In this document: positions 28,170 through 43,545 of the stretch, one piece after another
How the letters are laid out: every line of letters begins with the position of its first letter
Position numbering within the stretch: position 1 is the first letter of the stretch
The notes under the pieces: generated by a model
What the model saw: only the letters and a program-made list of their open reading frames with translations
Databases searched by the model: none
Told to the model about the DNA's origin: nothing
Assembly (NCBI RefSeq): GCF_009914755.1
Contig: NC_060927.1
From: the human T2T-CHM13v2.0 reference genome, Homo sapiens
DNA: 64,000 nucleotides
Direction: 5' to 3' (one strand)
Program-made: the position numbers and the translations under genes

Positions 28170-31134
28170 ACACTTACTATTTTTTAACTTTCTTCAGGAC
28201 ATGACTTCTATCTCATTTCTTGGATTTCTCTACAGATTTAAAATACAAAACAAAACAAAGTTGCTTTAACCATTGGTTATGGTGCCAGAAATTGCCAACC
28301 AGGCTGACAACTCCTTTAACGTAGGGTTCCATTTGGCATTGAATTTCCAGGACTGAGTACATTGTCTGAATCCAGCAAGTACTCACTAAGCATCTGTTAA
28401 ACGCTAGGGGATTTTTGCCTAAAATATTTCATGACTATTCTCACAACTCTAATGCAGTAACTTGCATAGAGAAAACAAACAAATTTCAGAGTATAAAAAT
28501 GAATTCTAAAAGCATAATTATAGTTTAAACTACATGGTGCCTCACAAAAAATTTGACTTCAAATTCTTTTAAACTATTCAATGAATTGTCATCAATTTCC
28601 TAGGTAAACTATATCACCATCCAAATATATTTTCTGCTTAGTTGGTTATTTTTTTCTGCCAAAGTTTTTAGACATCCAAGAAATTATTTTATTTTCTATT
28701 TTCTAGAAGTTGCCAGTTGAAATTGTAGAGCTAACATCCTGTGGTAGCAATAGTGGTGGTTAGTTCTGCTTGACCACAACTTTGCCAGCTGGTTGACTCT
28801 GTCTGGCAAATCCTTTTACTAGGCTACTCATTGTTAAATGAAGAAGTTGGACTCATTAAGGACACCAAATAAGTGCCAAACCAGCCACTGTTCTTCCTCC
28901 CACCCTACTCAGACATTGCTAATCAATCTCATTATACTTTTCCACCGAATCCAAACATAACCTCAGAATTCTCAGCATAGCACACCAGAACCATAACAAT
29001 CAATTGTTGTTCATAACTGGGCAAAACCTAGTTGTCAACCCTTAACTGGATGATCCAAAATGTTCCTTTCAATTCCAAAGTTCTATGGTCCTATGATCCA
29101 TAAAAAGTAATATTCCCTGTGGTAAGTCCAAGGCACTGCACAATCTTAAAGAGCATTCAGAATCAAAGAAAGATTACATTTTATTACTCACATTTTCAAT
29201 GTTAAGAGTACTTTATTGCATTATCAGTCTTTGCAAATGGATAATCCATGTACAGTGCTCATTTAACACAACTTTTCTTATCTATGTATTTCATTTCTAT
29301 GATGAGATTTAAAATTAGCACAGGGACACACATCAAGTATCCCCACAGAATGCAGATCTCTCAAATCTGAGATCCCTCTGTCCCTTAAGTATTAACAGTA
29401 AAATGAATTTTCCTAAAACTGTAGCATTTGACAGGGAGACATTTAGTGGGTGTCTTCATTCGGGGAGTGAATTTAGAAATATCAGGAGCAAAGATCTAAG
29501 AAATTGCCTCAGCAAAGGTCTGAGGTTGGAAGTGTTTGAATAATATCTTCATATTAGGTTTAACAGCAAATTTGAGTTTATTCTAATGGCTCTGGATGGG
29601 CTTTTTTATCTAATGTTAAAATATATTGTGCTGATCACTGACAGCCTTTTAAGGTAGCATTTCTTGACAGATGAAAGAAAAGTCAGAAGTCTGTAGTACT
29701 GCAAACACTGTGGGTGATTCAAATATCAGACTGCTGGCAAATAATTAGTGCTTTTCATTCAAATCTCCTTAAAGAAGTTGTGTCCTCAGCCTAGAAGTGG
29801 AATGTTTTTTGTTTATTCACCAAAGAGTTGGGATGACATTATGAGTCCATTTTCCCTTCTACCAGAGGACATGAACTCTGACTTCAGGGGTCACACTTTT
29901 AGACTAACAGTTAGGCAATGCTAGTACATGGAACTGACACTGAAAACTCATTTCATGATGCTTTGAGGCTCTTCATAAAAAGGGAGAATCCAATTTCTAG
30001 TGAGGAGAGGAGAAAGCGCAAGTGTCTGGAAATTAATCAATGGGGCTGAAATCCTGGCTCGGCCACTAGGAGGAACCCTTAACCTGTTAGGCCTGTTTGC
30101 ATTTGTATAACTGGGATAAATTAGATGCTCCTAAGGTTTCTTCCAACTCTAATATTCTAGATGGTGCTCAATTAATGTTTAATGATATGGAAATTAACCA
30201 GATAATTTAGGCCAATGTGGATTGTAGACCACTTTAAAGTAGAGGTTATGCTTATGACTTTGAGCTGCGTGTGCCTATTGCTAGCCAGGGTGCGTTGATT
30301 GCTTAGATAAGAATCAGTTCTCGTATCCTGGCTGCCCCTCTTCCACCCGCTGCCTCCTTGAACCATGCTCATCTTCCCAGTTTCTTTAGCAAGTCATCAA
30401 AACATGACACAGCAGTTGGCTTTTGAGATAGGCTCATGCAGTACAGGTTCTAGATATAGTGATATCAGCTCACTTTCCAATTCTGTTTTCCTTTTGATTA
30501 TAGGAACTTCCACTGTAGCCAAAAGAATACTTCAGGTGTGATTTTGGAATAGTTTTTGACCCTCTGAGTCTCAGTCTGTGGAATGAAGGAAGTATAGGCC
30601 TGGGAAATTTCCACGGTTCCCTTCTGCATTATAATTTTACGTGTATCCAGGTGCTCCTTTCAGCCTCTGAGTTCATCAAACCCAGACTAATTAGCTTTCC
30701 GATCCAGAGCTGCATGATAAAGACTACTTGCCTCAGAGTGTCCTTTTACTATTTGTACTGGGCTTACCCACCGCAACTGGCTTCACTTGAGTGGCATTTG
30801 TTACAAATTATCGATTGTGTTTTCAGATCATTCTATGGTTTTATAGGGATGCTGAAGAAATAATCTCACTGACTATATCTGACTGAATATATGTGTATGT
30901 ATGCTTATATATGCACACACATATCTATGTATGCACACATGCATTTTATACACACACATAGTTTTCAAAGGAATTGTTTGGAGATAAGTGTCAAAATCTA
31001 AATTTGAGGACTGTGGTAAGTATAAGGTCCAGGTTAAAAGACCCTGTGGGCCATTGTAGAGGAAGCCCTGGTTTGCACAGTGGGTCGGCTTGTGCAAAGT
31101 GCTAGACTCCTGAATATTTCCTGTATCCTTAGAA

Positions 31135-31688
31135 TGTATTTATAAATTTTCTATTGCTGTTATCACAAGTGACCACAAACTTGGAAGTTTAAACAATACA
31201 AAAGTCTCATGGTTCTGTAAGACAGAAGTCCAGCTCATGTCTCACTGGGCTATAACCAAGGTGTCAGCAGGTCCGCATTCCATGCTGGAAATTCCAGGGA
31301 AGAAACTCTTACCTTGCCCTTCCAGTGTCTAGAGGCTGCCCAGATTCTTTGGTTCATGGCCTTCTTCTCAGTCTTCAAAGCAGCAATATCCCATCTCTGT
31401 GACCCTTCTTCCATCCTCACAGCTCCCTTTCGCTCTGTGATCCCAGGTGGCAAAGGTTCTCTGATTTTAAGGTGCTGTGCTTAGATTGGGCCCATCTGTA
31501 TAATCCAGGGTTTAAGCATTTGTGAATAGATTGGGCCCACCTGTATGATTCAGGCTACTCTCCCCATTTCAAGGTTCTTAACCTAATCACATCTGCAAAC
31601 TCCCTCTTGCCATTTAAGGTAACATATGCACAAGTTCCAGAGATTTAAATGTGGGCATCTTTAGGGGAACCATTGTTCTATCTATCAT
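31135..31688 (-). mobile_element. MLT1 (B/C/D-like) MaLR solo LTR
   Basis: tgtatt...attgctgttatcacaagtgaccacaaactt...aatcacatctgcaaactccctcttgccat... Confidence 0.85.
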
Positions 31689-33499
31689 GATATAATTAAG
31701 GGAGGCCTTCAGGAAAGCCTAATTTTCACACCCAAAAATGAGACATGTGAGGAAACCCAAAGCCTCAAAACGATGGTAAATAATATGTGGTGCTCCAAGG
31801 GCCTTGGGGACTATTTTGTTAAATCTCTTACTTTACACATGGGGAAACTGGTGCTCATCCAGGCACATGGCTTGATCAAGGTCACTCGACTTGTTAGCAA
31901 AGCAGCTACACCTGGCATCTAGGTCTCCCAGCACACAGCTTAGTCCCCTTCCCGCCTCTTCTGGGGTACCTCTGATTGGACTTTCACTACAAAGAAGTAT
32001 TTTGTTTTATAAAACCACTGGTAGAAGTCTCTATTCTACTTGGAAGAGTAGTTTTGGATGAGAACAGAAATTTGTTAAGTGGTTTGTAGATGAAATGTCA
32101 AGATGGTTTGCCATTTTACACACAAAATCACTTTTAATCTCAAGTGACAAAACTACTCTGTTGCCAAGGGGAGATGGTATTTAAATAAAGGTCACACAAA
32201 ATCAGGGGGCAAATGCAACGTATCTATCAAACACTTAAGAATAAGTTCAAAGAATCTTTGAAACCCTGGAAACTTTACAATTCTCTTCTCTACTCTTGTT
32301 CATCCTCTCTTTAAATCCCTGAATGTACATATCCATCCACTCATCCATCTATCCACGTATCCATCGTCTACACCTACAAGTTACTCATTGCATCCAGACC
32401 ATGTGCTAGGGGCATTTGGGATGCATTCGTGAAAAAAACAGAGCCCCTGCACTTGTTTGGTTGAAAGTAGTAAATCAATGTTTCCCAAAGTGTGTTCTAT
32501 GGCTCTCCTGTATCAGAATGACCAGATTCCTGGTTTCTGTCTGTATACAGAGCCACAGGGGGTTGGGTCTGAAAGTCCACATCTTAGCAAGCTTCCTAGA
32601 TGATTTTAATACACGTTAAATTTTGTCCCTCACTGCCAAAAATAAAAACAATTCAGCTGGTAGGTTCTCATTTCCACACTCTCCTCCTTGGTTTACTGGG
32701 ACCCCTAGCAACCGTGGGGGTGGGGGAGGAAGAAGAGCCAATCAGAGTACCTCCCCTATATTCTCTAAATATAGCCAGGGCTCCTCTGCACCTCATTGTA
32801 TTTTGGGAGGTTCTCAGATTTTCGTAAAGTAAATAGTCCCCATTGGAGAACATTTGGGAACCCACCAACTTGCTCTCTGAATTGAATGAAGACAACAAAA
32901 AACTCAAAATTGATACAAACTCAAATTCAAACCTGTGTGCAATTCAGTTTTCTACCTTTCACCATCTCTTCTGGTTTTCAAATAGGCTTTTACCACGACA
33001 AAAATATGTGTCAGGACACACTTAGCATTTGTCAGAAGTCAAAATACAGATGTGGTGCTATAATTTAAAATGAATGCTTGATGTGACATGATTAAGTTCA
33101 TATCCAAGAAGGCAGAGCCCCAGCACTTTGCTTCCATGCATTGAAATCCACAAGCTTAGTGAGTTATGCAGCTCCCGATGGTGGGGATTAAATCAGTTAT
33201 CTAAATGTCACCTAATAACACAGTGAAATCTGGCAAAACATATGAATTTCCCAGCTGTTCTGAGTTGGCTGTTGATTTTGAAAGGCACCAGTTTACTGCT
33301 AATAGACCTCAGCCTTCTAAAGAGGGCTTTTCAATACTAACAACGTATCACTGAGTAATGGAAGCAGTCTCCTACCAGTTTTACTTTCAGCAGCATGGCC
33401 AGAAACACTGCAGCTTTGGAAAGTACCAGAGATACATACCTAAACCAGTGTCACTGAATTCCTTGAAAAAATGTCATTTCACTTTGGTTAGAGGAATTT

Positions 33500-33908
33500 C
33501 TCTATTTTATCTATTTTAATTTTTTCTTTCCATAGTTTTTTGTGGAATAGGTGGTATTTGGCTTCATGAGTAAGTTCTTTGGTGGTGATTTGTGAGATTT
33601 TGGTGCACCCATCACCTGAGCAGTATACACTGAACCCAATTTGTAGTCTTTTATCCCTCATTCTCTTCCCACCCTCTCCTCCCGAGTCTCCAAAGTCCAT
33701 TGTGTCATCCTCATGCCCTTTGCATCCTCATAGCTTAGCTACCCCTTTGAGCGAGAACATACGATGTTTGGTTTTCCATTCCTGAGTCACTTCACCTAGA
33801 ATAATCGTCTCCAATCCCATCTAGCTTGCTGCGAATGCCATTAATTCATTCCTTCTTATGGCTAAGTGGTATTCCATCGTATATATACCACAGTTTCTTT
33901 ATCCACCT
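33500..33908 (-). mobile_element. L1PB-like 3' end
   Basis: gtggtgatttgtgagattttggtgcacccatcacctgagcagtatacactg...gagaacatacgatgtttggttttccattcctgag. Confidence 0.85.
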
Positions 33909-35168
33909 GATTAGGTTTCTTTAATTTATATGTAGTCCTATAAGTGCTTATTTTTATTTAAGAGCTTATTTTATTTATTATTTTTAATCAATTAAGTCCA
34001 TTTGACCAATATTTGTCGAGTGTCTACTGTGTGCTAGGGAAAATGCTAAGCATTGGGGATGCAACGCTGGAAAATGCAAAGGCAATCCCTAATCTTGTCG
34101 AACTCACTGCATTCTACCTGCAAAACTGGGGGCTGGGGGGAACAAAGTAATAGGAAGTTGTAACAAATAATCTGAAGTAAATGATGAATGGCTGGAGTAG
34201 AGAAGGATGAGGGACACCTCCTTTAGTTCGAGTGGAAAACAAAAGCTTTCACAGTTGTAATCCCATAGACCCTTCTAAATTCTCAAGCCTGTGTTTATGC
34301 ATAAAATTCCAGTGAGTGTTTTTTTGTATTGATTACATTTTACATGCCCTTCATTTCATAATAAATATTTTACAACAAGCATCCAGCTCATTAATGCATT
34401 GCAGTATGGTCAATATACGCAACATCAGAATTCATATATTATTTAATGACTGAAGCTAATGAGAAATCATGATATTGGTGTTTTTTAGACTTGTTCATTT
34501 TTCAAAGTGAGCTTTAAGCCAGGTGCACAAATACCCATTAGCCACAAGATGGCGGGGTTGGTATTTAACAGAGAGTGGCCGGAGAGGAAATACTGGACTT
34601 GGACTTGAGAGAATGGCTCACATGCAGAAACAGACGCACACATTCTCTATCTCTGCACTTAAATGAAGAAGAAAATGAAAGCAGATAAGAAAAGAAAGGC
34701 ATTTAAATAAATGCCCAAGTAAGATTTCAAAGATTGAAAAACGTTCCCAAACTAACTGATGTTACCTGGGTTTGTGACCTCACTAGAAGGTCTGACTATA
34801 TGATGCCAGTGCTTGGAATTCACCAATTCCTAAAACATATTTGCCGCCCGCACAACCTTTTTTTCACCTCTCACCAAGACAACAAAAAAGTGAAGTTAAA
34901 TTTTAAACATTAAAAAATAAGGGAAATACCTTGAGCTTGGGTTATTTTAAGAGCCCCACATTCTTTTGGCACATAATTTTTCATGTGTCTGACCTTGGGG
35001 ACAAGCTTCTACATCCTCTCCTGCCCCTTCATTGGCTCCCCAGCCTCCTTCTGGCCCTGCCCACAACTATGCTTCTAAACTCTTTCCTGTTCAAATCATA
35101 TTAATTTTCATCCTCCCAGTTAAAGGAAACAAAATCACTGCTCTTCATTCTTTTAGTTCTCTTCGCTA

Positions 35169-35435
<267 letters not shown>

Positions 35436-36103
35436 TCATCACCCCTATCTACCCTTGGTGATCTTACTTTCTAAAATTCTTCTCTTGGCCCTCAGGGGAT
35501 TTCCTTCCTATGGTACTACAAAGACTTCACAGGGCTGCTCTTGCTCTGGTCACACCTCAGATAAATTTCAGTTTCATTCTGCCCTGGCATTAGAACGAAT
35601 AGCCTCATTCTCACATTTTGCTAACTGATTCTCCTCACAGTGTGGAGCTATAATGAAAATAAGAGCAGGGCAGATTTACTCTGTTTTAGTCAGGATTCTT
35701 GGTTTTCGGTGAAAACAGCTCATGCTTTTTTATTTGGCATGTTGGAGTCTAGCTGACTAGCATAAAATCAGGAATCTGCGCAGCTAGTCCTGGCGTCTAC
35801 ACGTTAACTGTGAGACCTTGGGCATGACCTCCTCGGGCCTCAGAGTCCTTTGTAAAATGAGGGCCTTCCAAACATGCTCTCAGAGACTCTTTCTCATTCT
35901 AACATTTTTTAATTCTGTAAATCAGTGGTTACTTACTTTGCCCGACATCCTCCAATGTGGTTTTTGTTGACTCCTAACTAATACGTGCAGGGCTGCTTTG
36001 TTGGGGGTCGGGGGAGGGGTAAAGGTTATAGGGAAGGGTGGGGAAGGACAGGAGGAGAGAGGCTGGGAGAAAGGAGGGACTCAGCCTACAGCCATCCTCG
36101 CCG

Positions 36104-36963
<860 letters not shown>

Positions 36964-37256
36964 AGCCCTCCATCACCCTCTCATCCAAATCCTGTCTTGC
37001 CTGCAAAAGTTCCCCAGGGATTACAAAATCAGGAATAACACCTTACCTATTAAGGTGATTGACTTTTGCAAGCTATCTCTTAAATTCTATTTGGAACAAT
37101 AAAATGAATAAACAAAATAGACGTAGATTATCGCAATTTAACCTTCAAAGAACTTATAGGCCTCTTAGTGACATTTCTCCTTGACAAAACAGGTATGAAA
37201 GACAGCTGCTGAGAGCATGAACAGAATATTGTTCCTTGCTTCTCATACCCTCCTCT

Positions 37257-37447
37257 AGGCCATGGATTCTCAAACTTCAGCCATGAATCAGTATTATTTT
37301 GAAGGCTTATTAACATGTTCATTGCTAAGCCTCACCTCCCTAGAGTTTCCCATTCTGCAGGTCTGAGGTGAGGCTTAAGAATTTACCTTTCTAGCAAATT
37401 TCTAGGTGATACTGATGCTGCTGGAAGTGCACCCCAGGAACCACTGC
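37257..37447. mobile_element. MER5A-like DNA transposon
   Basis: ttctcaaactt...ggtctgaggtgaggcttaagaattt...aggtgatactgatgctgctgg...gaaccactg. Confidence 0.75.
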
Positions 37448-37519
37448 TCTAAGTAAAATGCAGGTGGACCTGACTTTACACTTCTCATTGTTTAGGCTGC
37501 TTGTTACTTGCTTATGGCT

Positions 37520-37865
37520 CTAGTATTAATAGAATAATGCTCCCCCAAATACGTGAGTCCGCAGAACCTGTGACTATGTACATCAGGTGGCAAAAGAGAT
37601 TTTCCAGATGCAGTTAAGCATCTTGAAAATGGGAGATTATCCATGATGACCTGTGTGGACCAACTATAATCATAAGAGTCTTTATAAGAGGGAGGTAAGA
37701 TAGTCAATGTGAGAAAATGGTAAGAGAAAATGGAGATGTGAGAACAGAAGCAGAGGTTGGCATGATGTGAGGAAGGGGCCATGAGCCAAGGAATGAAGGC
37801 AGCCTCAAGAAGCTGGAAGAGGCTATAGGGAAGGATGTCTCCTTGCCTTTTTCAGCTTCTTCCCA
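37520..37865 (+). mobile_element. MLT1 MaLR LTR, 3'-truncated
   Basis: agaataatgctcccccaaa...cagaacctgtgactatgt...catgagccaaggaatgaaggcagcctc. Confidence 0.8.
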
Positions 37866-38900
37866 TTGAATATTGGAAGTGAGTAGTCTCTCCATCTGCA
37901 GACTCAGTAACTTTGCCCGTTTCCTTGACCTCTTCAGGAACATTTATTTTTTCCAGTTGTGTCTTTGTTTATTACTTTTGCTTTAAATGTTCTGTTTCCC
38001 TCATCATGAATACCCTAGATGAGAATTCTCCCTTTGTCCTCCTTAATTGTTGTGCTGATGGCCTCTCATCATCACAGCCTTGTGTGCTGTTCTTCTGCAC
38101 TCTGGAGGGGCTTCTGAAGTTGTTCTACACCATGCCAATCCTGCCACTGTTCTTCTGTGACAGGCCCAGGTCTCTCTCCATGGCCAGCCTGCTAACTTTG
38201 CATCTGTCCTGTATGTAGTCCTCTACAGCAGTCTGTTTTTTTCATAACTTATCTCACATCACAGAAACTCTTCTTGCATCCTTTTGAAGATGCCAAGTAT
38301 TTTCTTCCCTTTCCTAGAATTGATCATTTTCAGAAGTATGCCTGTATTCAATATGATGTCGTTTTCTGGTTCTGTCATATTTGTCTTATTTTTCCTCTGC
38401 TCACCCGGGAATGTGGGAGATATAGTCAAATTGCCCTGCTCTTGGCCCTGTTCACTGTCTGTTCACCTGTTGGTGGATTCCCCATTTTAGATCTGCTAGA
38501 GAACATGGGAAGATGCACAGCTCCTACACCAATTTCCAAGAGTAACAGAAACCCAACTTCTAGGATTCTGCCCTGCCAACAGTTTTTCTGTCATTCTGAA
38601 CTGATAGAATATACAGAATCTATAATCTCTCACTAAATTGTATTTTTCTTTTATTGTTATTATTTTTGCAGCTCTTAATCACAGTAAATTAGCTAGTATT
38701 CCTTGAGTCTTCAATTTTATGCACTGATCTCAGTACTTTATGTGAATTTACTGTTTAGATCCCTGCAATAACTCTGTGAGTCAGGCGCCCTACTTTAGAG
38801 AGATTAAGAAACTGAGGCACGGAAAAGTTAAGGAATTCTCCCAAAGTCGTGTAGGCACTAAATGTTAGAACCAGGTTTCAAATCTATGCAGACTTCTTAA

Positions 38901-39401
<501 letters not shown>

Positions 39402-39921
39402 TAGTTATGTTTTCATAAAGTCATGCCAATGTTCTTCTCAGTGTGTGAATTCCCAACATTTAGCAATGTCTGATTTATAGAAATTGCAGAATTAGAGGCT
39501 CTGAATATATGTTTTCTAAATCATTCACTCTTATATTTCCATCAATGGAGCACTTAGGAGGAAATGCATTTGTTTGCATTTAATGCCTCTTAACTCATGC
39601 CTGTTTTAAAAACCAATGAGTAGAAAATTTCTAATAAATCCTCGATTCTTCATCGTTCATGAAACATAAATTATACCCTGTAAGAACAGAGGTCTTGAGG
39701 ATTTTCCCCATCCCATTTTAGGTAAAGGCAGTGGGCAAGTCTCTTCCAGATGAATCACAATGACCTAAGTTCCAGGGTTCAATAATGAAAAACAGTAACA
39801 CCAAATATCTACAGTCAAACGTATGCTTCTACCAAGTGGCAAACATATCTCTTGAATTAGACTTCATGGTCTGCATTTCCCTTTTCTGCCTGCACCACCC
39901 TTTGCTTAAGGTCTTAGAGTT

Positions 39922-40120
39922 CTGTACTGTCCAATATGGTAGCCACTAGATGAGTGTGCTTAAATATAAAATATTCAAAATAAAATAAAATATCCAGTTC
40001 CCCAGTGACACTAGCTACATTTCAAGCACTGGATAGCCATGTGTGCCTGGTGGCTGCTGTTTTAGTTAGCGTGAATTTGGAGTATTTCCATCACCACAGA
40101 AAGTTCTATTGCACAGAGCT
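39922..40120. mobile_element. MER3-like DNA transposon
   Basis: ctgtccaatatggtagccacta...acatttcaagcact...cagaaagttctattgcacag. Confidence 0.75.
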
Positions 40121-41989
40121 GCCTTAGCTGTTTCTCTAGCTGGCAGGTGCAAACCATTCATGGACAAGGGGAGGAAGGAGTCCTCCTTTATTATTTGATT
40201 CCAATAATTTTAAAACTGGAAGAAGTACTAGAGTTTACCCAGTTCCTTAATGGTGATGTTAGCAATGGTTTACAGTTTGATAGTATCTGGGACATGTGAT
40301 TGGTCAATAAATGTCAAGAAATGTTTGCTGAGCGAATGAATTAATGATTTAGAGTTTATGCTCATTTATATACTCTCCCACTTGATCACTACTGGAATCC
40401 TGTGGGGGCTGGGCTGATCATTCCCTTTTAAAGATGAAGAAACTAAGGTTTAGAGAATTTAAGTGATTTAGCCAATATTAAACCAGCCAAATTAAGAGAT
40501 GGACTTGAAACCATAAGTTGTAGAACAGAGAGGTTCTGTTACATTTTCAAGAACATGCAGCAGTTGGGGACAGAGTCAGGACTAGAACCCAGGTCTTCTG
40601 AAGGTGAACCCAGTGTCTGTTTTACTATGGCATCACATATAACTTTGGAACATATTTCTTATTTTTTATGCCATAATTATTTGTAGTTATTTCCCATCTT
40701 TCCCTCCTTATCTGACTCTAAAATTGTGCCTTTGGTAACTTAATCTTCCAGAAACTCCCTTCAAAATATTGATACATGGCCTAATAATAACAAAATATAT
40801 TATGAGGTCTTATTACATACCAAGCTTTGTTGTAAACAACTTACATTGATCATTTCCTTAAATCCTCAGAGCCCTGTGGGTTAGATTCTATTATCATCCT
40901 TATTTCCTGGGTGTGGACACTGAGGTATGGGTAAATTGACAATACAAACCCCTGAGATCTGACTCCAGAGCCTAAGGGAGGGAACCCTATGCAACTGGTC
41001 CAAGAGAGATGTCCCCGAAGTGCAGTTGAAGGTTCATAGGAGGGAAATCTCTGAGAAACACACAAAAGCCTCACAACCAGAGGGAAACAAATGCCCCAAA
41101 GAGAAACAGGCAGTTTTAAAACATCCTCCAAATCATGGCATCACCAGCTACATAAAATTATGCCCTTTTCACCTGCCTATCACCTTCTGGTTCCAGCTTG
41201 GAGGGGTGAACCCAGCTAATGAGGACCAGGAGACCCAGAAGCTCCCTACCCTCTCTATAGACTTCAGCAAAGCTAAAAAGAGCTAAAAGCATCACTAAGC
41301 TGGAGGCTGAAAATCTCTACAGTCAGGTAAGAGTTTGAATTATTGCAAATTCCTTGAATTGAGACTGTTTCGGGAACAGAAAATGATGGGGAGTTTTTGT
41401 AATTATCTGAAAGTGACCCCTGAAAGTTCTAAGATCTGACCAAGATTTCATTCATGCCATAAATTTGAACAAGTAACAGAGGAAAATAAAGTTGTCTTCT
41501 GCCCTCATATTGAGCTCAGCAGTGTAAGAAAATGGTTATAGAAATTAAAAAGTAAAGTCTGCCACCATCCAGGTTTTAGGGACTTCTAATTTTATCCAGA
41601 TCTCTATTCGGCTCAATTTATCAGCTCTCAGACTAGAGGTTGGGCTATTTTAAAACTCCAAGGGGACAATATTTAATAATATATGCTGCCCAACTTCCTC
41701 CCAGAAGCGTAACAAGAAAAGGATTTCTCACAACCAAAATTTGGAGAGATGACTCAGGAGAGCCTAGTCTCATGGCCAGACTTGTGAGACAAACTGCTTT
41801 GTCTTGAGATGTCCAACTTTGAAAATTAACCAAATACACAAAGAACAGAAGAAGAGCTTGCCTTACTCAGGTATTCTGAGACCCAGGCCCCTGAAGCAGA
41901 ATCTTCACCTGCCAGCTTGTTTGGTGAGTAATGCATATCCATCAGTAAGCTGAGAGTAAGTAAGTTATATCAGGCATTAAAAGAGATAA

Positions 41990-42830
41990 AAGTTGTGGAG
42001 CAACAGGAACTCTCATTCATTGTTAGTGGGAATGCAAAATGGTACAGCCAGTTTGGAAGGCAGTTTGTCATTTCCTCACAAAACTAAATATACTCTTAAC
42101 ATACGATCTAGCAATTTGTTCCTTGAAATTTACCCAAATGAGTTGAAAATTTATGTCTACACAAAAACCCGCACACAAATGTTTATGGCAGCTACAGTCA
42201 TAATTGCTGTAACTTAGAAGAAACCAAGATTTCCTTTAGTAGGTAAATGGATAAATAAACTGTAAGTATATTCAGTTAATGGAATATTATTCATTGCTAA
42301 AAAGAAATGAGCTATCAAGCCATGAAAAGACATGGAGAAACTGTAAATATTACTAAGTAAAAGAAGCCAATTTGAAAAAGCTAAATACTATAGGATTCCA
42401 ACTATATGACATTCTGCAAAAGACAAAACTGGATACAGTAAAAAGATCTGTGGTTGTCAGGGTTTGAGGGGAGGGAGGAATGAATAGGTAGAGCACAGAG
42501 AGTTTTTTGGGCGGCAAAAATACCCTGTATAATACTATGATGGTGGATACATGTGATTCTATGTTTGCCAAAACCCAAAGAATGTACGACACCAAGAATG
42601 AACCCTAACGCAAACTTACAGACTTTGGATGATAACGATGTATCAAAGTAGGTTTGTTGATTATAACAAATGTACCACACTGGTGGGGATGTTGATAGTT
42701 AGGGAGGCTGTGTGTTGGGGGCTTGCAGGTATATGGGAACTTCCTGTACTTTCCACTCGGTTTTGCTGGGAACCTAAAACTGCTCCAAAAAATAAAGTCT
42801 ATTAAAAAAATAAAATTAACTAGAAAAAGA
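41990..42830 (+). mobile_element. L1MC/L1MD-like 3' end
   Basis: gtggagcaacaggaactctcattcattg...aaatgtaccacactggtggggatgttgatag...aataaagtctattaaaaaaa. Confidence 0.85.
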
Positions 42831-43229
42831 GATACAAGTTGAGTGGCAGACAGCCAGGATCTTAACTGAGATATCTCCCTCTCTTTATCTCTGACCTATC
42901 TCTGGCTTTCCACTTTCTTTTGCATCATTTGGTTTTAATCGAAAATGGAAGCTGGGTGCTGGAAACAGCTGGTCTATTCATTGTCTGACTCTGTCCAGGG
43001 GATACCCAGAGTCTTTGACATACCTCTGCATAAGCACAGAGCCAAGGGAGAGACCTGGACTGATTCCAAAATGTAAAGAAGAAGCTGGAAACTGGCAGCC
43101 TACAGGTTGAATTCTGCCTGCAGGTATATTTTGTTGGTCAGCAATTTACTATATTTTTAAATATAAACTACTTGCCAACATGTAAAATTGTAAGTTTCAT
43201 ATAAAAACATACATTTCTGGCTTTCTTCC

Positions 43230-43545
43230 TTTTTTTTTTTTTTTTTTTGAGATAGAATCTTGCTCTGTTGCCCAGGCTGAAGTGCAGTGTCACGATGTTG
43301 GCTCACCACAACCTCCCTCTGCCTCCTGGGTTCAAGCGATTCTCCTGTCTCAGGCTCCCGAGTAGCTGGGATTATAGGCACATGCCACCATGCCCGGCTA
43401 ATTTTTGTATTTTTAGTAGAGATGGGATTTCGCCGTGTTGGCCAGGCTGGTCTCGAACTCCTGACCACAGGTGATCTGCCCGCCTTGGCCTTCCAAAAGT
43501 GTTTCCAAAGTGCTGGGAATACAGGCATGAGCCACCATGCCCTAC
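43230..43545 (-). mobile_element. AluS-type SINE
   Basis: Poly-T, full reverse complement, TSD CTGGCTTTCTT; short internal duplication TTCCAAA(A)GTG. Confidence 0.95.
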
